From: Phoronis australis
Lineage: Eukaryota > Animalia > Phoronida
Reading direction: 5' to 3'
Length of the DNA: 62,386 bases
NCBI GenBank assembly: GCA_002633005.1
Contig: NMRA01000276.1
Location: 227,577 to 289,962 of the forward strand
The notes under the pieces are model-generated. The model saw only the letters and a list, made by a program, of their open reading frames with translations. It made no database searches and had not been told where the DNA came from. Shown here piece after piece: positions 1 through 14,000 of this stretch (within the stretch, counting starts at the first letter, position 1; the number at the start of each line of letters is the position of its first letter). Position numbers and translations under genes: made by a program.

Positions 1-886
1 CACTCGAGGGTTCAAATTGGAAGCTCGCGCCGTATGACGTCGTATGACGTAGACGATGCGAGCCTCATTTGCATATATTAGTGACATCTGTTGGTTCAAA
101 AAAGAGGATCGTGCCCGAGTACATGCCTGGGAAGAGGCATCTTTTGGAAGGGTAAAACAAGTCATGTTCAAAGCATCCCAGTGCCATTAATATGAAGTCT
201 TTGGGGACAAAAGTGGTGTCATTTTATAGCTAAAGAGTTAAGCTTTCAAACACAATGCTTGGATTCCAGACTACTTTAACATTTACTTTTGAAATCACCT
301 TTGAAAATACGTTAAAATGCGCTAAAACAGTTGTCCCTTCCTGGTTATCTCTTCCTGATTTAAGTAATAAAACATAAGCAAGTAAACTGCAACGCATAGT
401 ACGATCCAAATCCGTGACATAGGGTATATCACCCACTTATGGCTTTTTGTCTGGTCTGAAGTGCACTACACTCTTAAGATAGGAGACTGGTTGGTTTTCT
501 CATCGGAATGTGTGAACAAATGAGCTTATGAAAAACTTACGTTCGTTGCACTGTAATCATGATATGAATAAAAGAATGAAAAGAGAAAACAAGATATTGC
601 GGTTTTAATATGGGTGTGCCGTCTATATTCGTCTTTTTATCCGTTTTATTCATAAAACGTACAGTCGGTACGCATCTGCTCGCAAATTTTATAATGAACA
701 CGCGGTTTACTTCGTGGATGGACGGACACAGGTTATCGCTGACCGGTGTTAAGTAGTTTTCGGTGCGACGATAGACTGAAGACTGGTTCGAGTTAATCAC
801 TTTATTAACTTCGGCACCACGTACTCGAGCAAAACGTGCTACGTAATGTCTGTTCTATGCTCCAGCTAGTGCTGCAAAACCTTGAC

Positions 887-1038
887 CAAGGGCAGATCCA
901 GGATTTTGAGTTGGGGGGCGGGGCAGAGTATTAGCCACGAATTTGCCCGTCAGACACTTACACCCCGAATTACCAAATTTAATGAAGAATTTTAGGGAGG
1001 GCCATGGCCCCCTTGGCCCCCCTCTAAATACGCCACTG
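887..1038. mobile_element. GC-rich MITE
   Basis: Imperfect TIR CAAGGGCAGATCCAG / CTAAATACGCCACTG with G- and C-runs. Confidence 0.45.
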
Positions 1039-1930
1039 ATGACGTAACGGCTTGTGCGAAACACACAGATTTCGCCCATTGAAAGTATGGGAGTTGGCGG
1101 TCCATGTCTATGGTATCGCCGTACTGCATGCGAAAAGACCTCGAGGCTCGAGTATTATCGACAGCTCAACATGCTAGGAAGTCAGTGCAGTCACCATGTT
1201 CTCAAAAAACCAACACGCTATACAACTTGCAGTATAAATTCCACGGTCCCTTGAATAAGACATTGTCATTCTTTGGAATAACCTGGCAAAAACAGATGTT
1301 CCCTTCCTTCAGAAGCTACTTTCGAAATGAAGCAAGTTTTCCGAGTTTGTAGCTCAACTTTTTTGTCTAAAACAATGATTTTACAATATTTTTTTTTAAT
1401 TTCTAACTTTAAAATCTTCCTCGTTCGTTACGACTACAAATCGGCGTATTTATTGAGAAACGAGCGAATTAATCTCTTTTGAATTTGCGTATTTTGCCTG
1501 GCCGTGCGTACATGCGTACTGGAGGTTTGATTTCTGTACGAATCCACATTTATTTTTTGCGTATGGGTACACATGTCTGTGGATGGTTCTCAATGTTGCT
1601 CACTCAAACGAGAGATGTTTGGTGTGTGCTGGATGGTTCTTATTGTTGCTTGAAACAAAGTTCAACAAGTTTGTTTGTCATTCTATTCCCCATGCTGGCT
1701 TGTCATTTTACACCCAAGCTTAATCTCGACCAATTACAAGTTGGCTATTCTTTCTAAAGCCAGCCGCACACCTTGTCATCTGAGTAAGGAACAGTTTGTT
1801 TTTTCTAATGCCAGCCACACACGTAAATAATTACCATGATTAAGACAATCGATTATAACACCACTCCAGTCAAATTGTCTAACTCTTTCTTAAACAAGTC
1901 ATCAAATGTAAAGATTCCATTAACTAATTG

Positions 1931-2017
1931 TTATGTAATTTTATCATCTGCTCCAGAGTCGTAGACTTTGAAAAGGAATTTATCTATGTCCATCTTTGCC
2001 ATCTTCTTGCTCGATTT
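1931..2017 (-). CDS. NPAT: NPAT last exon (KSSKKMAKMDIDKFLFKVYDSGADDKIT*)
   Basis: Strong acceptor ttttctttttcAG; resembles the NPAT C-terminal MDVDKFL motif; TAA stop. Confidence 0.88.
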   Translation of the reverse strand, partial: KSSKKMAKMDIDKFLFKVYDSGADDKIT

Positions 2018-5000
2018 CTGAAAAAGAAAAAAATACTAAGTAAGATTCACAATGAACACTGCATCAGTGAATACATATCATTTCAAAATGCTGAAAGTAT
2101 ATTGCAACCTCCAAATCTTCTTGAAGAGCAGCCTGGGACACACTGTCACAACCAGAGCAATGCAGAGCTTTGAAATGTGCCCAGGAATGCACTGTTTCAA
2201 GATGTGTTTATTTGTATCACAAAAATAGCCACTAGATAATACGAATCCATCCGAAAACTGGTATATGTCTATTTACCAAATTTCATTAAAATCAATCACC
2301 GATGACATTTAACAGAGTGTTATGGCTACTTGCAGCAGATCCCTGTAAAGATGGTTAGGTGGGAACTCGTTTTGCATACATGAAACGCTCAGTGATTTTT
2401 TATTATTTTTTTAAAGGAAAGAATGCAGCAAGCACATCGACAAATTGAAACGCAATGCTTGTACTGCCAAAATAACAAATACTGGATGAACAAAATATTA
2501 ACAAATATTAACCAGTTACCGCCCGCTGTTGACAAAGGGAGTGACACCTGCCAATAACTCCAATGACATTGAAGTTAAGTGTTCCCATTATGCCAAAGAG
2601 TCCACACTTCACTGTTAAATGCACAGCTTAACTTCAGATTTGACTAGCGTTGTTAACTTCGATAAAAGGCCGAAGTTAAGTGTTCTCACTGACTGAAGCT
2701 TCGGAGGTAGTGGGAAAGGCCTTTTAGTGAAGCATGCTGTACATGCCCAAGTTAACTTGTTTTTAAGTTGACAGAACTAACTTCAATTCTTCACTCAAAA
2801 GCAGACTCCATGTTAATATTTCTGTACTAGAATGACCCATTCTAATATTTACGTGAAGTTCTTCATATGAATTGTCAAGACAAGAACTCAAGCTGTTTCC
2901 CATACTCAGAAAGGTTAAGCCATGGCATACTTTATTCATTTACAACTCCAGATTTCAGTGAAACTGAATTCTTCTCTCAAAAGCCATGTGAGAAGCACAA
3001 TTTACCTTTTTGGTTTTCTTAAGAGTCTTTTCTTCTCGTTTTCTCATCCGTTTTCTTGCAGGCATCTTGAACACTTTAGCATTTTCAATCCGTCTTTTCT
3101 TTGCCAAACAGTTGGTTTCCTCCATCAAACTGTCCCCAGACGATGACAGATTAACTAAGGCTTCTGCAACATCACCAACTAACCCAGAGCATGACTTACT
3201 GCTCACATCTAATTCTCCAGTTCTCTCACTCAATCCATTGCTCTCTTTCTTAGAAACAGCTTCAACAGACACGGCTGAGTTTTCAGAAATAGTCTGTGCA
3301 CATGTTATTTTATTTTCAGTTAAACTACCAACAGCTGTTACAGGCACAATTTCACCCTTGTGCACTCTTGGATCAACAATTTCAACTTGCCCGTCTTCGC
3401 CAAGCGTGACCAAGACCAGCTCATCACTGATGTTTCCCTTATCCAACTCGGTCTTTGTTGGACTGCATTCCAATTTCTGACCTGGCGTCAATGGCAGTTC
3501 TGACCTAGGGTCACAGTTTCCGCCTGATGACAAAACAATTTCAGTTGTGTACGGACTGTTCTCAAAATATACAACTTTCCTAATGGCGCCGTCGGAGTTT
3601 ACATCATCGGTGTCTGAAGACGCAGATGTCTTGTAACTCATTGCTTTCAGTTCCAGAACAGGAGATGTTACTTGTTTATTCAGATGCTCAGATTTTTTAT
3701 CTGTCTTGTTCATAGTGACCTGGGCAGATCTTTCAGGGCCTCCACCGTTTGTGCAAGACTTATGACTCCTTTTAACATTTGTTGCCTTTAGTTTTTCAAT
3801 TTCTGTAAAAATATTGAAATTGTTCTTACTTTGTGCAGATTTACCTTCAAATGTTAGAGATCTCACATGACCTGTAGTATTTTCATTATTTTCATCATTT
3901 TCATCATTTCCGTTCCAGTTTGAGCCTTCCTCTTCGGTAACACCAAAATAAGAAGCAGATGTCTTCTTGGCAACATCCCTGAGAGAAAGCAAGGATGGGT
4001 GAGCAGCAGTTCCCTTACTACAAACTGAACTTGGCTGAGCCTTCTTCCTCTGATGCTTCGTATTAGGCAGCTTGGCTGGTTGTTGCATACCAGTACTAGA
4101 TCTACTTGACGTTGTACACACTGTGGCAGTGCTTTTGTTCCACGCCTGGGAAGCAGTTTGTAACAGTTTAAGACTGCTAGCATCAATAGTTGCTAACTTG
4201 GCAGAGCCAGGGCAGAGCTTTTCTGGCGATGCGATCTGCAGCAGATTTTTCAGGCCTGAAGTGATAAAAGTAGCTAACTTACAACTGACAATCGTGGACA
4301 TCTTACAGGAACCAATCACACGAGTCAGTCCATTTCTCAACTTACAACTGACAATCGTGGACATCTTACAGGAACCAATCACACGAGTCAGTCCATTTCT
4401 CAAAAGCTTAGCACTGTCTTCCATACACACACAACTTTACAAGAGCAACTAGAAGGATTGATAAGCACTCACCGTGTGAATTGCATATAGCACAGATACA
4501 ATGAATGACCAGTATTTTAAACAATCTCACTAAAGGGAGCAATGATAATGAACTTAAAATAGCAACTAAGGGGTGCAAAGCAAGCCACCAATGCTTCCCT
4601 CAATAGCAGCAAACCTGCCAACTTTCATCATGAGGTTTGGTCGACAGACAGGGAGATGCCAAAAAAAACCCAATAAAAATGGCCAATAGGTGTCACAGAA
4701 TACATCAAATTCATCTGAAAACGAGAAAGTAACTTCATCTCCTCAATAGATAGTAACCTATGTATCGTGTTTTGTTAAAATCAACAGACTCCAAAGATAT
4801 AAAGGCAAAGATATAAAATAAAATTGCCATTAGGTACACACTGGTACTCCAATTTGTCTAAAAACTTGCTCATGACGTCCCAACAATAAACATATTCACA
4901 AAATTGCACAAACTTCCACCCAGAGGTAATGGAGATACAGCAGCGGACGCCAGATGTACGGCAGCAGACGCCAGATGTACGGACAAAGACAGGGTGATAG

Positions 5001-8000
5001 CATAATGCACACACACATAAATATGAGAGTGCACAAAAATCTGTCAAGGAACTCTAAAATGGGAAAAATAAAATTACCACTAGGTAGTCTGAAAGTCACC
5101 GTGATTCCTTCTCTCCTTCATAGATATTCCCCGTCAAATGTAACAAAGATACTGCAGAGGGTTAAGGAGATATAGTTAGACACAAAAAGCAACTGCCACT
5201 AGGAGATGCCACAGCAGTCATCTAAAAATCATCCTCTTCACAGTAAGAACACAAGTGCCAAATTTCATAATCATCCTCGAAAATAGTAAAAATGGCCACT
5301 AGGTGGTGTAAAACATGTCAAATCCATCAGAAGCAGGACAGTGGTGCCAAGTAAAAATTCATGAAAATCAATGAAGGAACAACAAAGATCCATTTTGTTA
5401 AACACAAAGTGCCATTTGTTTTTAAATGATAGATGAATGCAGCTCTAATTGGTGACAGGCTGATCTTGCGTTAGGCACTAGTTGATGTAAAAGATGACCT
5501 AAGTTTCAGTGTTTGATAAATAGATAAGCGGGCACAAAAAATTGAACTGTCAACCGAAAAATAATGTACGATGGAAACAGATCCGCTCAGTATAATTAAG
5601 ATCAATCAAAAAATTAAAGCGAGACAGACGCAAAAGAAATTCCCAATAAGTAACACAGTGACATTCAGATTCATCTGAATGTCACTGTCACACTTGCTAT
5701 GCTCCTGTCATGTTTTATGAACATCTCTCTAGTGTTTAGCAGCTAGAAGGGTGGGAAGACAAGAGGTAGATATCAAACAACTAAAATTGCAATTAGGGAG
5801 GAGGCTATAAGTTTGATCCACTAGGAAGAAAGGGGGTGCCACCATGAAAAAGAAAACGTGCCAAATTTCAAGAGCATTAATCAAAAAACTTTGTAGAAAA
5901 ACACAGACATAGAAAATAAAGTCCACGTTATGGGTACGACACTCAGGAAATTGTGCTCTTTGATTGATCATGAAATGCCATGACAACCAATCGATGAGTT
6001 TTTTAAGACAAAGCTGCAGACACCCCTCCGCCCTTACGTCCACCCGCCAGGACACCTACTGGCACTGACGTCCACCCGCCAGGACACCTACTGGCACTGA
6101 CGACCACCCGCCAGGACACCTACTGGCACTGACGTCCACCCGCCAGGACACCTACTGGCACTGACGTCCACCCGCCAGGACACCTACTGGCACTGACGAC
6201 CACCCGCCAGGACACCTACTGGCACTGACGCCCACTTGTCCAGATGCCCACCCGTCTGGATGTTCACCCACCCAGACGTCCACCCACCCACATGCCCACC
6301 CGCATGCACGCTCACTTTCCTGGATACTGCAAAAATGAAAAAATTTAACGAAGATACAATTTATAGCTGTTACAACCACCGACACATTGCGCTCAGAAAC
6401 CATTAATAAAACAGAGTGCTCAACAGACATTAATTAATTTCTTTTTATTAATTGAAACAAGAATGGAAACAGTATTTTCAGTGTTAACATTGACCAATTG
6501 GAAATCAATGTTTAGAAACTTTTTAATCATAGACTGCGGAAAAATGCGAAAAAGCACAAACCTGGTGACCATGTAGAAAGAGGAAGTTTTGGGGGGCTTT
6601 TAGGAAATGTCTGCTTCAACAGACAAGTCTTTTTAGTGTTCTTAGGAAGTTTGTGTTTTGGCTTGTAGGCTGTAAAATAAATATAAGACCAGAGTTAAGA
6701 TAACTAAGGCTGCAGACTGAAGTACTGTGCTAAGGCAACAAGAGCAATGCAGAGCGGTGAAATGCACCCACAACAGCACCGCAAACGTGCTTCTGTGGGC
6801 GTTTTCAATTTCATAAAAATGGCATTAGATGGTGCAGAATGCTTCAAACCCATCCGAGTTGAGAAGGAGGCGCCGACTCTGTAACACACAACTCTTTAAC
6901 TCCTAAGATACAGAGGCAAATGCAAAAAAAAACAATATATACTAGGGGGTACAGCTATAGTCCAACTGGTCTGAAACTAATCGTCATCTGTTGCCATCTC
7001 CATAGGAGCCCATCAGCCAAATTACACAAAGATCCTTCAAACGGTTAAGGAAATAGTCGTAGATGCAAAAAAAGCAAAATTGTCCCTAGGGGTTGCCAGA
7101 ATAGTCAAAACCATCGGTAAATCAACGTCAGACGGATCTTCTGTTCAGGAACACAACCGTCAATTTTCATAGTCCTTTGAGTGGTTTGGCAGATAGAGAG
7201 GCAGAAGTCAAAAACATACACAAAAATGTTTAAACTGCCACCAAGTGGCGCAAACATAAAATCTGTCCGCAATGGGAAGGCATCCACCTGAAGGTAGAAG
7301 ATTGCTTCAACAATGCGAGCGACTCAGTATCAAGCTTTCAAACAAAAAGTTAAGTTGTGTTTTCAACAAAGTTTTTACTAAATATATGTGGAAGTGAAAA
7401 CAACATTTAGTTTCAAATATTACAACAAAGGTAGGCAGTGATGTTAAACTTAGTTTTGGTTAATTTTTGAAGTGCCCAACCGCTAATATGTGGAGGAGGA
7501 AGTTCTCATCTCCTGTTGCCAAAATTCTTAATTTTCGAATAACTTTCAAACAATTTCTGGCACAATTGCTTTTCATTTTCTTCACGATTTCCATTACACT
7601 TGTCACTTTTTTCAATTTGGGACAAAAATAATTGCTAAAATTGCCACATTTTTATTTTCCAGAGGCTTATCACATTGTTACAAACGGTCAAAATTTTACA
7701 CAAGAGCAACGCGGAGCATTGAAATGCGCCCACAATTGCACCGCATACGGTATCCTTCTAGGGTTGTTTATTGGTACCATAAAGTGGCCAGTAGAGGGCA
7801 TACTTTGAAAAATGGAAAGGCATGGTCATTGTCTCCTCAATAGGCTAGGGGCAAAATGTGAGTAATCTTCATAATACAAGCACATCCTATACACCAGTTG
7901 CTTAAAGCACCACAGAAACATAGAATTAAAAACAAATTTACCAACATACGAGATTAGCACAGCATTAGAATGCCAGAAACAAATTTCTACTTGGAACTTT

Positions 8001-11000
8001 TCCTTCACAGTCACGAAGTAACACAAAGTATACACCTGAAGACCTATGAAAATACAGAGGTCAATGTAAAATACTAAAATTGCCACTAGAGGCAAATACT
8101 AAAATTGCCACTAGAGGCATACCGGTAATCAGAATCATCCTAAAGTCGTCATCGTCCGTTGTCAACATCACATAAATACACTTGCTAAATTTAGTAAAGA
8201 TCCTGCAAACGGTTTGGGAGATACAGCCATGGGCGCAAAAAAACAAAACTGCCACTAGGAGGCGCCACAGTAGTCCAAATCGTCTGAAAATCATTGTCAG
8301 CTGTCTTCCTTATAGTAAGCACATACACGCCAATTTTCACAATCATCCTTTGAGCGGTTTGGTTGATAGAGGGGTGGACGCAAAAATACAGACTCGAAAA
8401 CAGTAAAAATGGCCACTAGGTGGCGCAAACTACGTCGAATCCATCTGAAAACAGTAGGATAGCGTCATCTCACTAATAGGTGCCTACATACCAAATTTCA
8501 TGAAAATCCGTTCAATACTTTTGAAGATACAAAGGTAAGCGTAAAAAAATAAAATTGCCACTAGGAGGCACACCGGTAGTCGGATCCGTCCGAAAGTTCG
8601 CACATGCCGTCCCATTCATGAATGGAACATATGTGCCAAATTTCATGAACGTATGTCAAAGGGTTTTGGAGATAGAGCAGCGGACGCCGGACGGACGCCA
8701 GACGGATGCCGCCCGGACGGACGGACGGACGGAGATGACGGCATAATGCGTCCACATATAAATATGTGGGCGCATAAAAATGTTGTTGGTAATAGCTACA
8801 CCATACAAAACATGCTAAAAGTAAAGTAAATTTTTCTGAGAAGTTATTTTTGTTGAGAAATTTGACAAAATAAAATTTCACTTGTCTGCCATATTGCGTC
8901 CCAAACTGAAGAACTTTTACTGTATTCTTAAGTGGCTGTATGTCAAATACATGCTGAATGCTACAAAACAAAAACTACAAACCATGCTCATGTTTCATTG
9001 ACTCCACAGGTGTCACTGTACATGTTGCCCCGTCTCCAGTCAAACTCTCTGCCAATGGCTTACTAGCTTTTGAAGACACTTTACATGCAGTTTTCAGGCT
9101 TTCAATCGCTGTTTCAGTAAATGATGATGTTGAATTACTAATTTTTTCTGCACTAGTTACCAGTGCTGCAGTTGACATAATTCTCCTAGCAGTTGATACG
9201 CTTCTGATTGTTGGTGTAATAGCTGGGATTGTCGTCATGGCAACAGATGGTGCCACTAATACACTAACAGTACTATTTGATGAACTCCCGCCATTTAATG
9301 TGGTACTTGCTACTGTCGCAGTTCTTGGTGTAGTTGTTGTTGATGTTGTTGCCATTGTTGATGTTGTTGCTCTTATTGTTCCCACTGACAGTCGTTGGCC
9401 AATAGTTTGCGCACCATCATCTGACTGTTGGGCGACTGGTGAATTATGAACAGTGAAGGAATGTAGCGACACCTGTTGGATGCTAGTGGAAGTGGGTGCT
9501 ATGCTACTCTTGGCAGTCTTTGTGACTAGTTTCCTGGGTTTCTTCCTTTTCTTGGCTGCAATGAAGAAATTAGGGAGAAATAATGTGGTTCATGACACAA
9601 TAAGTCAGACAATCACAACCGTCATAAGTGAAAGATCTGTATGCAACTCATGTAGACATAATAACTAACTTCATGTTTACATATTTTGTACTCACTTGTC
9701 TAAGCCATTAACATTTCATTTTCCTAGTTCAAAAACAGTCATACAATCTTGATATTTTAGTGCGACATTTGTCCTTTGTCAAATTGCTGTTGCCCATTGC
9801 TGATGTTTATCATAACCATTCTGACTAGAGATCCGAGTATAAAATGTGAGATGAGGTTAGTATTGTCAGAGGCCAACAGAGATACGTATTATAACCAAGA
9901 GCCCTTCATCCTCCAAAAGTCATGTATACTCTACACAGTGAATACCTGCCTCAACTCTACACAGTGAATACCTGCCTCAACTCTACACAGTGAATACCTG
10001 CCTCAACTCTACACAGTGAATACCTGCCTCAACTCTACACAGTGAATACCTGCCTCAACTCTACACAGTGAATACCTGCCTCAACTCTACACAGTGAATA
10101 CCTGCCTCAACTCTACACAGTGAATACCTGCCTCAACGTATGATGCAATCCACCAGCAAATAAGAATTTTAGACCATTTTTAGTAATTACACCCAATGTC
10201 CTTAAAATCTGACTATCAACTTTACAAAAATATGACAGTGAAGAGTTCAGCCAACAAATTAACTGAACGAGGGCAAGTCACTAACAATTAAAGCTCTCCA
10301 CACTAAGTTCACATCCGTGTAACCTTGGTAACATTACTATGCCATATTAAATGAACTGTTGAATGCATTCCAGTCAAAAACACAGTATATGGTTTCTTAA
10401 TAATGACCCAAGTACCATTAGAAAACGGACAATCGCCGCACAAATAAAAAAGTTCATGTTAACTTAACGTTTTGTCTATTTATAAGATATCATCAGGATA
10501 TGTACAGTAGAACAACAAGTGTCGATTATCATTCAAGTCACGTCCATGTGGTGAAATGATAGTGAGAGATACAGGGAAAGTAAGTAGGTAATCACCATAG
10601 TCGTAGGGTCACTGAGCTATGCATGTTATTGAGGGAATCAGTAGCATGCTGGTCCTGAATGGCCAAAGACTCCTTGATGCACAGATCAATAATGTTATGA
10701 AATATCTATGCTAAGATAGCGATGAGATGAGATATATCTGTGTTGAGATAGTGATATGATGAGATATATTCATGTTAAAATAGGGATGAGATAAATCTAT
10801 GCTGAGATAGCGATATGATGACATATATCTATGCTGAGATAGCAATATGATGGGATATATCTATGTTAAGATTGCGATATGAGAAATATCAGTGATATAA
10901 TGAGATAAAGCTATGCTAAGAGCCAATGAGATACCGTAAACATTCGGGTTAATGCCCATGTTCACTTAACTGCCCATCCCCAACTTAAGGTGGATTTCCG

Positions 11001-14000
11001 ATTTAAGCGCCCACTGCTCGGTTAAGTGCCCCCCTGTGAGTTTTGAAGATTTCCAGTTAAGCGCCCAACTCTCGGTTAAGCGCCCATCCCCGACTTTTAA
11101 AGAGAAAAGATTTAGCGCCCAGTGATAATGAAACGATCGATGATCACAATGAGTGCAATGACGCCGGGCCTCCAAGACCGCGGTTTAGCAATGTGAATTA
11201 CAATGCAAATAACGAATTACTGTCCTGAGTCATACACTTCCTTCAAACTATAATACTTAAACGTTTTTGTCACTTTATTTTCTTCCCATGTTCGCAAAGT
11301 TTAAAAACCCTGCCGGTGTCAAAACTTCCGCTTTCAGCGACTTTGTTTGTGGCGCTGAGTTTCCGTCTGCAGTGCACTACATAAAATATATATTCGAAAA
11401 ATCAGGCCAGAGAAATGTGACATTAGTTTTACCAAATTCTCTTAAGGTGGGAAGCTCTTGTATTTTGAAGAAATCCCATAACTCAGGGAAAGATATCAAA
11501 TTCTCAACATACTGATGAATGTAACTGCTGGGTTATAGAGGATGTGTTGCGACCGAAGGGACAGTACAAGTGCCTTACTGGGTCACCGATTTGCTGCCTC
11601 TCGATTTCTGAATTCAAAGGTTGGATACGTTGCTGTATATTTGTGTATGATCTTGAGGTAATAAAAAACTGCTAATCAAATTTTGTTTTTCGCTTCTTGC
11701 ATCTCAGTCAAACTGGCGTTAGCAGATTTAACTAAGCAGAAGAGATGAAATTCCCACTAGCGGACACAGCGTCCTCCTCAAAGCTGTCGTCTATTGTTAG
11801 CTTCATATACATAAACTTATTAAATTTAATAAAGATCCTGTAGTAGATTTAGGAGATACAGCTATGGCCGCAAAACAAAACAAGAGCAACGCAGAGCGTT
11901 GAAATGTGCCCACAATTGCACCGCATACGGTATCCTTCTAGGGTTCTTTATTGGTACCATAAAGTGGCCAGTAGAGGGCATATATGTAGTATGTTGTACT
12001 TTGCAAAATGGAAAGGCATGGTCATTGTCTCCTCAATAGGCTAGGGGCAAAATGTGAGTGATCTTCATAATACAAGCACATCCAATACATCAGTTGCTTA
12101 AAGCACCACAGAAACATAGAATTAAAAACAAATTTACCACCATACGAGATTAGCACAGCATTAGAATGCCAGAAACAAATTTCTACTTGGAACTTTTCCT
12201 TCATAGTCACAAAGTAACACAAAGTATACACATGATGACCTATGAAAATACAGAGGTCAATGTAAAATGCTAAAATTGCCACTTGAGGCATACCGGTAGT
12301 CAGAATCATCCTAAAGTCGTCATCGTCCGTTGTCAACATCACATAAATACACTTGCTAAATCTAGTAAAGATCCTGCAAACGGTTTGGGAGATACAGCCA
12401 TGGGCGCAAAAAAAACTGCCACTAGGAGGCGCCACAGTAACCAAAGTCATGGGAAATTCAGCGTCAGCCGTCTTCTTCATAGTAAGAACATACATGCCAA
12501 TTTTCACAATCATCCTTCAAGCGGTTTGGTTGATAGAGGGGTGGACGCACAAAAACAGACTCGAAAACACTAAAAATGGCCACTAGGTGGCGCAAACTAT
12601 GTCGAATCCATCTGAAAACGGGAGGATAGCGTCATCTCACTAATAGGTGCCTACATACCAAATTTCAGGAAAATCCGTTCAGGACTTTTGAAGATACAAA
12701 GGTAAGCATAAAAAATTAAAATTGCCACTAGGGTGCACACCGGTAGTCGGATTCGTCCAAAAGTCGTCATCTTCCGTTGTTAACATNCTTTTGAAGATAC
12801 ACTAGGGGTGTGCCACTAGGGGGCACACCGGTAGTCGGATCCGTCCGAAAGTTCGCACATGCCGTCCCATTCATGAATGGAACATATGTGCCAAATTTCA
12901 TAAACGTATGTCAAAGGGTTTTGGAGATAAAGCAGCGGGCGCCGGATGGACGCCGCCTGGACGGACGGACCCCGCCTGGACGGACGGACGCCGCCTGGAC
13001 GGACGGACGGAGATGACGGCATAATGCGTCTACATATAAATATGTGGGCGCATAACAAAACCACCACTAAGAGGTGCCACAGTAACTGAAGTTGTCAGTG
13101 TAACCGTCCTCTTCACACTGAGTACACGCCAATTTTCAAAATCATCCTTAGAATGTTTTGGTTGATAGAGGGGTGGACGCCAAAAACTCGAAAACGGTAA
13201 ACATGACAACTAGGTGGCGCAAAATACCTCAAATTCATACAAAAATGGAAGGATAGCATAACCGCAACAATAAATGCCTATATTCCAATTTGATGAAACT
13301 CCATTGGGGACCTTTGAATATACAGAGATAAACATAAAAAAATAAAATAGCCACTGGGGGGACACTGGTGGTCAGATCCTTGTGAAAGTCGTCATTTGTT
13401 CTCAAAACCATGTAAATATGGCGCAAACTACGTCGAATCCATCCGAAAACAAGAGGATAGTTTCATCTCACTAATAGATGCCTATATTCCGAATTTTATG
13501 AAACTACGTTGAGGACTTCCGAAGATACAGAGGTAAGCGCAAAAACTAAAATTGCCACTAGGGGGCACACCGGTCATTGGAGAGATCCAAAATTCGTCGT
13601 CATCCGTCATCAGCTTCATAGAAACACAACTGTCAAATCTCATCAAGATCCTGTGAGGGGTTTAGGAGATACAGCTGGGGACGCCGGACGACCAGACAGA
13701 CAGAGATGACAGCAATATGCGACCACATATAAATATGTGGCGCATAAAAAACATGAGCGTCGGTATTAACATCTATTAAAATCTTCCCCATGTTTCGATT
13801 GATATGTGTTTTCACAAGGCTATGAAACAGATTGACAGCTATACTATAAAACCTAGATTTTTTTCAGGAAACTGGTTATATTTTATAGAAAAATGTAGGT
13901 TTATGATTAGTTTCCATTTTAGACACTACAAAAAGAAAGTAAACATTTCAAGTTTTATTTGTCATTAAGTTTCTAAACCTCAAATGCGAAACAGACAGAA

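Larger units (their letters stand above)
4560..7300 (-). mobile_element. Cluster of old HINE fragments around NPAT exon 12 (4560-5400, 5800-6350, 6739-7300); other relics at 2150-2350 and 21340-21700
   Basis: Diverged GCCACTAGG / CCAAATTTCA / GAGATACAG modules and degenerate ends. Confidence 0.65.

Noticed and set aside
30-80. TGACGT pairs and ATTTGCAT octamer as a promoter
   Set aside because: At the window edge with no linked gene; such motifs are common in repeats
2955-4430. 491-aa ORF as a standalone gene
   Set aside because: It is NPAT exon 13 plus intron read-through; the N-terminal 21-aa duplication is an intronic 63-bp repeat
3010-9668. Plus-strand ORFs at 3010, 4072, 8958 and 9453
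   Set aside because: Antisense shadows of NPAT exons
7826-13815. Repeated short ORFs such as MPLGGTPVV and MLNLVKILQ
   Set aside because: Chance frames in near-identical HINE copies; no Rep or helicase motifs
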